From contig JBDRQT010000005.1 of assembly GCA_043826135.1 (NCBI GenBank), forward strand, positions 70,255 through 134,254: DNA of 64,000 bases, given 5' to 3'. Below are positions 9,001 to 16,541 of the stretch, in pieces (position 1 is the first letter of the stretch; every line of letters starts with the position of its first letter). The DNA comes from an archaeon (lineage in GTDB: Archaea > Nanobdellota > Nanobdellia > Woesearchaeales > GW2011-AR15). The translations under genes and the position numbers were made by a program. The notes below the pieces were generated by a model, which did no database searches, was not told the origin of the DNA, and worked only from the letters and a program-made list of their open reading frames with translations.

Positions 9001-10758
9001 AAATTTGAAATAATTAGTACTGCTGAGCTTGCAAACACCTGTTTTGTAAAAGTCCGTTCAGTTGATGCAATCGAAGGTGTAAACAGGGACTGGTATCTGA
9101 AATTCGATGATGTGTTTAGCGCAATACTTTCATGCAACATAGATTCAGACTGTGGAGGGAATTATGAGTGCAGGAACAATCTTTGCTATGAGAAAAAATT
9201 CGCACTCGTCGGACTTTATGATGTTCCAATAACGAAATTTGCTGAGGCAAAAAGTTATGGGGCTGAGCACCTAGGAACTTATTCAACGGACAATAGTCTG
9301 GGAGCAGAAGACTTCCTAAGATTGAATGATAATTTGTTCAAGACTTCTGGAAACAATCTTGATATTGAAAAAATAAGCCTGAACTATGAAGATGGAACAG
9401 CTTACTGGATAATAGATGATATATGCAATGATGAGAAATGGGATCTGTCTATTAATGATTTGACAGATTTATACACTGAACTAAAAACTCAAGCAAGTTC
9501 ATACGTTATGATAAATTTTGAGGATCTTAACTGTGCACTGGATTACCTCAATTTAGCAGATAAGCCAATAGCTGATGTTGCTATGTTTAAGGTTGATGTC
9601 GCGAGGCCGGATGATTACATAGGAAAGCAGTCAGCACTCGCTGAAGCAATAATAAAAGAGAGTATTGATAAAAAAATCCCAATGAAGATCTTGCCAATTG
9701 TAGATGTGAGCGAGGCAACTCCTGCATGGATATCAAAAACAGGTGAAGACCTGCTTGGAGAAAAAACAACAGGCGGGCTGTCTCCATTCTCAGGCCTGCT
9801 TTTTGGGCCGTATAATAAGATAAGACCGGAAGAAAAAGATGTACTCAGCTATGTATTCTGCAAAGCAAAGGAGATTTATCTTGAGCAGGATTGCAGCGCT
9901 GATCCCGCAGACCTGGTTGAAGAAGTGAAGATTGCATTTGTCTCCAATCTTGCAGATACAAATATTCTCTCTTTGGCACAAGGAAAAGATGTTGACCTGA
10001 TTGTATTATCCGGAAACATCGGAACACCTCTGTTCTCCAGCTCTATACCTTATCTTGGTGCACTTGGGCTTCTGGATAATGAAAATACACAATTCACAAG
10101 GATACCTGAGGGGATGGAGTGCTCTGGCCAGGATGGAGATATGATTGAATGCGAATATAAAGGAATCACCTTTGTTGTTTCAGGGGTCGGGATCTCTGCA
10201 ACATCAGGCCATGAAGATTTCATCAGATCAAGCATGAATGATCTTTCAGGTTGGGGAGTCTGTGTCTGGAGCAAGAATAGTTATCTTCTGAGAACTAGCG
10301 CAAAAGCGAATGCTGAAACACTAGCTCTAAAATATTATGATCTGTGCCTGGCAAAAGGAGCAATCATCGCAACAGGCTATGATCAAAGTTATGCAAGGAC
10401 AAAGACTATTACAGGTATGAGCCAAAATATTATGTATGCAGGATCACCTTCAATCATAACACTCGGGCGCAACAAGACAATGGTTTTCAATTCAGGCCTT
10501 GGAGGCATGGGATCAGATAGGTTTGACTGCAATCGGGGATACGGATACTGGGCAAGCATTTATACCAGCAATTACTATCTCAAGAACGGAATAGATCAGC
10601 AGAAATCATGCACAACTGATGCAGTTGCAAATTTCAAGAATGGAGCACTGTTTATCACATTCAACTATAATGAGGATCAGACAAAGGCTCATGGTGAGTT
10701 CATCACTGTTGATAATCAGGTGATGGACACCTTTGAAATCTCACGCGAAATCTCGTAA
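6037..10758 (+). CDS. Giant (1573 aa) Cys-rich surface protein, paralog 1: pilin-like N-terminus, shared N-module, internal TM block, Pro-rich linker, degenerate metallophosphoesterase-like C-terminus
   Basis: Uninterrupted 4.7-kb ORF. N-terminus MVVGNKSQATLYVIIGLTLVLVIGFF. Blocks EGCVRQTVIDAEIKYGLHRIW and GIWVGLPTEVDAANNKITTYITHFS are shared with the ORFs at 10805, 40794(-) and 47138. Confidence 0.85.
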   Translation: MVVGNKSQATLYVIIGLTLVLVIGFFLSLNAQQRSQEIASVADSRSALDAERFSLDYYIEGCVRQTVIDAEIKYGLHRIWAAPEIEAYIENNLGNCLDDFRYFKERGYLVNNGNLDAKVDISREAVAVTIDLPVYLKKGEMEITYDSKVYRLPLTSLERLNLNGETRIVSSDGTLILEIPEGTVVTVKGQKVDQVGVQLLDRHFNAMPNDVVAGMLAFNGIPHKAEFSKPVKVTKYYQEKDIPIYVREEELRLGTYDSDVGIWVGLPTEVDAANNKITTYITHFSQMATVKDCGTEGEPAVITNTIVRQECTGCEEKWIKDLTSEIKYSLPSPKDYSIDKTQKLGFVPECFGEAPVISPDTGITKEDTDTLKKIIAIDEADFDHCFGFCSDTSNKDKKDPKCNCDLFYYKDYFRQKGLQDKGGLPEGGTDSQKQIIFTLEDGKFQGYDIYDVDFKEKGAACVAALEKDFVVDSVGNNINVDTTGVLTEDNDKAAIAISVDYCSDKDTCQIVKPIFIKQEPKLRFGFQVINSPSEDSPDTCISGGAKVEIAGVGALNAVYGCSGSESGKIDFVRGVCMKCDGQIWQKQDMKECFPEGKCVGALMGVVRWNDKNCEECMSSGEWKKLETPEKCVSSCEEPQDSVALNPTKAIIDITGRPGDPPENEENNIDWKKVAGWAAITVGVVAIGVGIALALPVVLAATGLMAAGGLAFLPALAIAGYGISSIAIPGLIIGGGIITGTAGGFILANSQDVTDQNVQLASSPQQDIQPDASQVNSPAPGAASDSRCLSGSITQPDIPPEQTLTDGAKDCNEAGNVKIYTLLTASWAETEDCKGKGCEAGKCKTEATAEPVKCGKENELICNPGETCDPTTKECKKPDTGSTSSTSSAPTGSLPTVPPSTPPPAAPVAAAPSQLGGASACSPACSTDQDCVDGTCVDKPKTCIEGNPTSPCKDINDASVQGKQFTVPGSINTLDMDFCDTFGSYSGEDKFEIISTAELANTCFVKVRSVDAIEGVNRDWYLKFDDVFSAILSCNIDSDCGGNYECRNNLCYEKKFALVGLYDVPITKFAEAKSYGAEHLGTYSTDNSLGAEDFLRLNDNLFKTSGNNLDIEKISLNYEDGTAYWIIDDICNDEKWDLSINDLTDLYTELKTQASSYVMINFEDLNCALDYLNLADKPIADVAMFKVDVARPDDYIGKQSALAEAIIKESIDKKIPMKILPIVDVSEATPAWISKTGEDLLGEKTTGGLSPFSGLLFGPYNKIRPEEKDVLSYVFCKAKEIYLEQDCSADPADLVEEVKIAFVSNLADTNILSLAQGKDVDLIVLSGNIGTPLFSSSIPYLGALGLLDNENTQFTRIPEGMECSGQDGDMIECEYKGITFVVSGVGISATSGHEDFIRSSMNDLSGWGVCVWSKNSYLLRTSAKANAETLALKYYDLCLAKGAIIATGYDQSYARTKTITGMSQNIMYAGSPSIITLGRNKTMVFNSGLGGMGSDRFDCNRGYGYWASIYTSNYYLKNGIDQQKSCTTDAVANFKNGALFITFNYNEDQTKAHGEFITVDNQVMDTFEISREIS

Positions 10759-10804
10759 ACTTTATATACCACTCCATCTGTTAAAACATCAAGGTGGGGT
10801 TTCT

Positions 10805-13800
10805 ATGAAAGCACAGATGAGTATTTTTGTAATAGTTGGTATTGTGATCACAATAGTTATCGGCAGCTACTTCATGATGAGGTTAACCGATCAGCAGAAT
10901 AATCTTGGCCAGGCATCTGATTATGTTTTTGAGATGGGTTCTAAGCAGAGCTCTCTAAATGCTATAATGCAGGAATGTCTGAAGCAGCATGTGATTGCAG
11001 GTGAGCTTGAGTACGGGTTGCACAGGACGTGGAGCACCAGTCCCATCAGAGAATATATCAAAACGAACTTACCGGGCTGTATCCAGACTTTTGTGACACA
11101 GCAAGGATATAAGATGACAGCAGGAGAGCTCGAGGTCGTTGTTGATATCCAGCAGGAATCAGTTGTTGTTGATGTCCACTACCCCATCATGCTAGTCAAG
11201 CAGGACACGATTCTGAGATTTGAGCAGCAGACATATACTTTCCCTAGGATGACGATGGAGAAGATTGACCCTGAGAAGACAACAAGGGTTGTGTCGGCTG
11301 ACGGAACAATGATTGTGGAGATTCCTCCGGGGACAATTGCAACACTTAACGGAGAGCCAGTTGAGACTGTTGGTTTGAAACAGTTGGATAGAGAGTTTAA
11401 TGGTCTTAGAAATTCTGTTACAGGGGGTATGCTCGCATTCAACGGATATCCACACGGAACTAGGTTCTCCAAGCCTATAACTGTAATTCATTTTTATAAA
11501 GATGAAGATGTGCCAGTTGGAGTTAATGAAGAAGATTTAAGACTTGGTTATTATGATGACGTCTCAAAAATATGGAAAAGCTTGCCAACCATAGTTGATC
11601 CAGACAAAAACAAGATGGTTATGCAGACAATTCATTTTTCAGCCCAGCCAGGACTTCTTGTTCAATGTACAGAAGGTGCCACCTGGACTGCCATTACAGA
11701 GAAACTTGTTTATGAAAGATGCACGCCAGCTGAATGGCACCCTGATAAACAGATTTATGCGTGTCAGGATACAAAGCATGCTACCCCTACAACTACACCT
11801 GATGTATTATGGATAAAACAAGATGGGATTGATCCTGCATTATGCAGTGAAGGGAATGGATGCGGTTCTGAATGTCTGCCTCTTGATTCATGGAAAAGCA
11901 CAGCAGCCGGTCTCGGAGACTGTCATAAGTCAGTGGGTGGAGGAGAGACAGGCTGCGGAACATGCGAATGCTGTGACAATAAAGATGAAACAGATGAATC
12001 ATACTACAAAATGCCTATCTTTTATTATGCAGCAAACCCAACAGGAACATATACAGGCTATCCGGTTAACTTTGCAGGAGAAGGCAATTCATGCCAAGCA
12101 GGAAATCTTGAAGATGATAAAGTTAGTGTCCAGGAACTGCCATTGTTTGCAGACAAAGCAGAAGCAGGGGAAAATGCAAATAATATAAGAGTAGTAGCAA
12201 AAACATACAACGGAGAAACAGATTGTGCTATCTCTCGTATGGATAGCGGGATAACAGATATGCAATTCACATTTGATGAAGCATGTACTGATAGCCAGCC
12301 AAATTCATACTATGCAGGCTATGCAGAAATAACTGGTCAGGGATTTGGAGCAAAAGGCGCATTATATAGTTGTGAAGGCGTTGAACCCGGTACAACTCAA
12401 GATATGCCTCTCGCGACAGGTGGAGATGCTAATAAGATGGTCAGTGCTACTTGCACTTGTGGTGCTGCTAGTGCAGCTATTGCCTCAACAACTTTAGCAG
12501 GAGTTACAGGCACAACAGGATTTGGTTCTCAAGTTGCAAATGCTGGAGGTGTTGAACCAGGGTTAGGTTCTGAAGCTAGTTCAGGACCATGTGTATGGAT
12601 ACCCGCGGAAGGTGAAAAATGTGGTTCAGCAACCTGCACAGCAACTCAGACATGTGATAAATCAGCTGATCCAAATTCAGAGGATCCAGATCCCGCTAAG
12701 CAAGATCAGGATTCATGGGTCTGCAAGGATTCATCAGCAGGCGGTGGCGGCGGTTCAACATGCACCCCTCCATGTACAGGTCGTCAGACTTGTAAAGATG
12801 GAAAGTGTGTTGCAGGCGGCGGAGGCGGTGGTGGGGGAGCTGAATGCGGAACATCAAACGGGCCATGCGATATACCTGATTTTGATACACGTTTGAAAGG
12901 AAAATCATTTACAACTGACAAGGTAATAGACACAAGAGACAAGAAGATGTGCGATTCTTTTGGTGATCTTCCCTCAGGGTCAAAGCTCATTATAATGGAC
13001 CATGTCAAAAGAGGAGTGCAATGTTGGCTCTTTGTTGAACTCCAGCAAGTCACAGATGGTTTCAAGCCAGATCTTTATATTAGATATGATGATGTCAAAC
13101 ATCTCTTGCCGAGTGAAGGTGATGACAATGAGACAAAACCTTGCGAAAAAGATAGTGACTGCAAAGGCGGAAGATTCTGCCATCCTGTCAACAAAACATG
13201 CGTCGGAGCTGGAAGCCTGATACCTATTGTCGGTTTCTATGATGTGCCAACTGATAAGCTTCAGGAGGCAAAGGACTTTGGAGCAGGAACGCTTGCGTTC
13301 ATGGACAGCAATAATGAGGGAAGCATCCCGGTATCTGCTGCAAAGGAACCATTTTCTTTTGAAGTGATTACAAGGCTGAATGACACTGCATATAATAACA
13401 ACAAGGCAATAGCTGATTATGATTTTTCAAGCCATCTGAACAATGAATCAATCGGATACTGGATTCTAAGCGAACCTTGCAATACAGACAGATGGTCTCT
13501 CACATATGATAACATCGGCGGCCTCTATGATAAATTCAAGACAGCAAGCAAAAAGCCGGTGTTTGTCGATTTTGCCAATCTAAACTGCGCTCTTGATATG
13601 TTCAGCAGCGTACCTGATATCAGGGTTCTTGCTGATTATATCATGTTTGACATTAGAAGCACAATGACAAACGATGATATCAATGCAGAGCTAAGGCTTG
13701 TTTATGATGTAGGCAACAAAGCAAGGCTTGCCCAGGGAAATGCAAGAATTATAGCGTTTTTCGATATTGACGGCGCATCTCCAAAATGGATTAACGAGAC

Positions 13801-14872
13801 TGCCAGGAAGATATTAGAGAATGAGGATATAGACGGAATAATTATCTCGCCTTATTCAAGAGTTAGCCAGATGCAGTCAGATATCGGTTTTAGGAATACA
13901 ATTAATGAAGTGATGTGCCTTGCAAACCAAAAATACAGAGACATCCCATGTGAATTTGTGGCAGAGCTGCCTGATACACCACAAGAATATAAGGTAGTGT
14001 TCATCGCAAACCAGGGAACTAGTCAGGATGCATCAGATGTGCTAAGTCTGATTAACAGTAAGGAAGCAGATCTTATCATAATAGACGGAAATATGGGCTA
14101 TGACAAGCAGCCGTTTGAATGGGATAATCTCATGACTGAGACAAGTATACCTGTTCTTGCGACAATAGGTGATATGGACAAGGAAGACTGGCCATCGTAT
14201 GTCAGTCTGATTGAGCCGTATGATGATTCTGTTGAATGCACAGGGACTGCAGGAGACAAGCATGTTTGCAGGTTCAATAATGTGACATTTATTTTATCCG
14301 GAGTCGGCATTTCAAATACTGATGGCAACATTGATTTCATAACCGGTGCTGCAACAGCAGCAGATACGGCATGGAAATTCTGTGTCTGGCATAAAAGCAA
14401 TGATATGCTAAGAGTAAGTGACAGGAGTTCAGATGATACACTTGCACTCCCTTATTATAAGGCATGCTTAGATGCTGGAGCAGTAATTATCACTGGCTAT
14501 GATAACCAATACGCAAGGACAAAGGAAATAACCAACTTGGAAGATTCTGTCGGTTTCCTTGATGTGAATAGCGAGTTTGAAGTCAGGCCAGGCCATTCAA
14601 TTATTATTGACAATGGTCTTGGCGGCTTTGGAAGCGATCGGTATGACTGCGGCAAGGATGCAAACAATTGGTGGGCATCTATCTACACTCCAAACTACTA
14701 TATGAATAACGGACTACAAGTGTCAAAATCTTGCACTGAGGATACTACATCAGGATTTGCTCCTGGTGCATTGTTCTTCACCTTCAATTACCAAGGCAAT
14801 GAGAATAGGACACACGGAGAGTTCGTGAATGTAAATAATGTTGTTGTAGACAGCTTTGACTTGGTCAAATAA
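10805..14872 (+). CDS. Giant (1355 aa) Cys-rich surface protein, paralog 2: same architecture as 6037-10758 but without the internal TM block
   Basis: ATG at 10805 (MKAQMSIFVIVGIVITIVIGSYF) is preceded by AAGGTGGGG. It is collinear with paralog 1 (QECLKQHVIAGELEYGLHRTW; KIWKSLPTIVDPDKNKMVMQTIHFS; YWILSEPCNTDRWSL; GAVIITGYDNQYARTK). Poly-Gly runs lie around 12730-12850. Confidence 0.85.
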   Translation: MKAQMSIFVIVGIVITIVIGSYFMMRLTDQQNNLGQASDYVFEMGSKQSSLNAIMQECLKQHVIAGELEYGLHRTWSTSPIREYIKTNLPGCIQTFVTQQGYKMTAGELEVVVDIQQESVVVDVHYPIMLVKQDTILRFEQQTYTFPRMTMEKIDPEKTTRVVSADGTMIVEIPPGTIATLNGEPVETVGLKQLDREFNGLRNSVTGGMLAFNGYPHGTRFSKPITVIHFYKDEDVPVGVNEEDLRLGYYDDVSKIWKSLPTIVDPDKNKMVMQTIHFSAQPGLLVQCTEGATWTAITEKLVYERCTPAEWHPDKQIYACQDTKHATPTTTPDVLWIKQDGIDPALCSEGNGCGSECLPLDSWKSTAAGLGDCHKSVGGGETGCGTCECCDNKDETDESYYKMPIFYYAANPTGTYTGYPVNFAGEGNSCQAGNLEDDKVSVQELPLFADKAEAGENANNIRVVAKTYNGETDCAISRMDSGITDMQFTFDEACTDSQPNSYYAGYAEITGQGFGAKGALYSCEGVEPGTTQDMPLATGGDANKMVSATCTCGAASAAIASTTLAGVTGTTGFGSQVANAGGVEPGLGSEASSGPCVWIPAEGEKCGSATCTATQTCDKSADPNSEDPDPAKQDQDSWVCKDSSAGGGGGSTCTPPCTGRQTCKDGKCVAGGGGGGGGAECGTSNGPCDIPDFDTRLKGKSFTTDKVIDTRDKKMCDSFGDLPSGSKLIIMDHVKRGVQCWLFVELQQVTDGFKPDLYIRYDDVKHLLPSEGDDNETKPCEKDSDCKGGRFCHPVNKTCVGAGSLIPIVGFYDVPTDKLQEAKDFGAGTLAFMDSNNEGSIPVSAAKEPFSFEVITRLNDTAYNNNKAIADYDFSSHLNNESIGYWILSEPCNTDRWSLTYDNIGGLYDKFKTASKKPVFVDFANLNCALDMFSSVPDIRVLADYIMFDIRSTMTNDDINAELRLVYDVGNKARLAQGNARIIAFFDIDGASPKWINETARKILENEDIDGIIISPYSRVSQMQSDIGFRNTINEVMCLANQKYRDIPCEFVAELPDTPQEYKVVFIANQGTSQDASDVLSLINSKEADLIIIDGNMGYDKQPFEWDNLMTETSIPVLATIGDMDKEDWPSYVSLIEPYDDSVECTGTAGDKHVCRFNNVTFILSGVGISNTDGNIDFITGAATAADTAWKFCVWHKSNDMLRVSDRSSDDTLALPYYKACLDAGAVIITGYDNQYARTKEITNLEDSVGFLDVNSEFEVRPGHSIIIDNGLGGFGSDRYDCGKDANNWWASIYTPNYYMNNGLQVSKSCTEDTTSGFAPGALFFTFNYQGNENRTHGEFVNVNNVVVDSFDLVK

Positions 14873-14931
14873 GTTTATTCTTTTTTCTTTTGATTATTTC
14901 TTGAAACATTTATGTTACTTCTAAATTAGAA

Positions 14932-14948
14932 TGCGAAGGGCAGAATTC
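14932..14948. repeat. Direct-repeat copy (16/17 nt) of the 3' end of the adjacent tRNA-Leu(CAG)
   Basis: tgcgaagggcagaattc at 14932-14948 versus tgcgaagggcaggattc at 15024-15040. An inverted T-arm-like fragment (cgttcgaatcctga) lies in between at about 14994-15007. Confidence 0.6.
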
Positions 14949-15023
14949 CCTAATGAGCGAAGCGAATGGGTTTGGGAACGATAGTGACAAAACGTTCGAA
15001 TCCTGACCTGAAAGGCAATAAAC

Positions 15024-15106
15024 TGCGAAGGGCAGGATTCGAACCTGCGAACCCCTGCGGGAATAGCCCCTGAAGCTACCACGTTTGACCACTTCGCTAC
15101 CTTCGC
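15024..15106 (-). tRNA. tRNA-Leu(CAG), intronless, long variable arm
   Basis: Minus strand reads GCGAAGG-TA-...-GTAGC-TTCAGGG-GCTAT-TCCCGCAGGGGTTC-GCAGG-TTCGAAT-CCTGC-CCTTCGC-A. It has a 7-bp acceptor, a T-loop and an anticodon loop carrying CAG. Confidence 0.85.
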
Positions 15107-15291
15107 GTATATAACAGAAGAAAAATTATGAGTTTATAACGATTTCTAACATTGTATTTATTAGCTATAGAAAACTGCATTAAACATAGACAGTAATTGA
15201 TACAAAATAACATCAGTTCCGCCAGAATCAAGAATATTGCGGGGTAGGCGGATTACAAAATTATTTTTCAATGAATATATCCTGGCAAATA

Positions 15292-15825
15292 CTACTTTCT
15301 ATATAATGTCAGGAACAGGAGCATCATCACAAATCCGGTAAGTGCCATCATCGGAAAAGTTACATAACCGAACTTGAACATCTCTATTGTTGTGCAGGAG
15401 ACTGCGCCAACTGAACATGTTGTTTGGATGGAAAGCCTCTGGATGATATAATGATAAGCAGCAAATACTGCTCCGATAGCTGACAAGGCGACTGCGTATC
15501 TGTAAGTATTTTTATCCTTATAAAATAGCCCAATTCCAAACACAATTGTTAGTGGATAATAGAAAATTCTTTGGAACCAGCATAGCTTGCACGGTTCAAA
15601 GTGCGCTATCTCAGAAAAGAACAGGCTTCCCAAAGTTCCTATGATAGCAACTATAATGGCAAATGCCAGATAATGTTTTTTTATATTCTTCTGATGCTCC
15701 TTAAGCAACCTTTTCCCGCTGAAGAGAATGATAAGGCTCAGACCTATAAACAGATCTCCTATCACAGTCAGTATTGCCAGAATGTTGATAATTTCCTGCA
15801 CTAGCATATTCCAAAGAAATCTCAC
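15292..15825 (-). CDS. DsbB/BdbC-family disulfide bond formation protein (membrane thiol oxidoreductase)
   Basis: FEPCKLCWFQRIFYYP (CxxC followed by QR, the DsbB/BdbC signature), a second Cys pair TTCSVGAVSCTT and 4 hydrophobic helices. The ORF-track start is GTG at 15825; the first ATG is at 15807. Confidence 0.7.
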   Translation of the reverse strand: MRFLWNMLVQEIINILAILTVIGDLFIGLSLIILFSGKRLLKEHQKNIKKHYLAFAIIVAIIGTLGSLFFSEIAHFEPCKLCWFQRIFYYPLTIVFGIGLFYKDKNTYRYAVALSAIGAVFAAYHYIIQRLSIQTTCSVGAVSCTTIEMFKFGYVTFPMMALTGFVMMLLFLTLYRK

Positions 15826-15887
15826 ATAACTTAAAAAATTATTCGAAAACAGCAGCTATAATAAGCAGTAATTATTTCTTTCCTTGC

Positions 15888-16265
15888 ATGGTAGCATCAA
15901 ATCTGGAAAGAGGGAATTTCATCATGTACAGGGGCGAACCTGCCCAGATACTTAGGAAAAGCCTGGTCAGTGTCGGTACCCATTCCCACACTAAGCTGGT
16001 TTTTACGATCTGCGATATCTATGGGAAAAGGGAAAGAGAGATAACAATGGCCCATAATGATAAGGTAGATACAGTGGATATACTTAAAAAAAAGGCTACG
16101 GTAATCGCAATCACAGGCAGCGCGCTCCAGATAATGGATGCTGTTAACTATGCAACTCTTGATGCTACTGCTGAAAAGGATGTGTTTGAAACTCTCAAAG
16201 AAGGGGATGAAGTCATATATATAGAGTACCAGGGCGTCAAAGTCATCGGAAAGAAGAAGAATTAA
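15888..16265 (+). CDS. eif5a: Translation initiation factor 5A (aIF5A) homolog with a non-canonical hypusine loop
   Basis: 125 aa and collinear with archaeal aIF5A (LERGNFIMYRGEPAQIL...; ATVIAITGSALQIMDAVNYATLD). The loop reads SVGTHSHTK where aIF5A has PGKHG(G/H)AK. Confidence 0.75.
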   Translation: MVASNLERGNFIMYRGEPAQILRKSLVSVGTHSHTKLVFTICDIYGKREREITMAHNDKVDTVDILKKKATVIAITGSALQIMDAVNYATLDATAEKDVFETLKEGDEVIYIEYQGVKVIGKKKN

Positions 16266-16268
16266 CAG

Positions 16269-16442
16269 ATGGCAGAGATAAAGAAGATAAAAGAAAAATT
16301 GAGTTATGGGACTCTATTTGTTCTGTCAATTCTGTTCTGGAATTTTTCAGGTAATTTTGGACTGTTCCAGGAATGGTATAATCAAGCGTGGCAATGGCTT
16401 TTGATAGTTGGTTTTGGATTTATGCTATTCAGAAAAAAATAG
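16269..16442 (+). CDS. Possible small membrane protein (57 aa, below the ORF-track cutoff)
   Basis: ATG at 16269, directly after the aIF5A stop. MAEIKKIKEKLSYGTLFVLSILFWNFSGNFGLFQEWYNQAWQWLLIVGFGFMLFRKK with two hydrophobic stretches. No homology was recognised. Confidence 0.3.
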   Translation: MAEIKKIKEKLSYGTLFVLSILFWNFSGNFGLFQEWYNQAWQWLLIVGFGFMLFRKK

Positions 16443-16541
16443 AAAAGAAGTAGCGTGTGATTCTGTGGTCTCTCTGTTTCTAGTCCAATTTTTGGATAAG
16501 AGGAGATAAGATTTATAAATCAATCATTCAATACTTTTTGC

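Noticed and set aside
7710-9140. Long antisense ORFs (181 aa at 7710-8255 and 241 aa at 8415-9140, minus strand) inside giant 1
   Set aside because: They lie opposite the Gly/Ala/Pro-rich, GC-enriched part of a 4.7-kb sense ORF and have low-complexity mirror composition. There is no independent start context or motifs.
10733-10804. ORF-track start of giant 2 overlapping the end of giant 1
   Set aside because: The ATG at 10805 has a strong AAGGTGGGG SD and gives the family-typical MKAQ... N-terminus. The upstream 24 codons are likely untranslated.
14925-15023. Second tRNA, split-tRNA half or permuted tRNA next to tRNA-Leu(CAG)
   Set aside because: I could not build an acceptor stem or a paired T-stem on either strand. 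Only short fragments match tRNA-Leu, so it is treated as a repeat or scar.
14910-15092. 60-aa minus-strand ORF from the ORF track
   Set aside because: It reads straight through tRNA-Leu(CAG) and the adjacent tRNA-fragment repeat. The GC-rich tRNA sequence keeps the frame open by chance.
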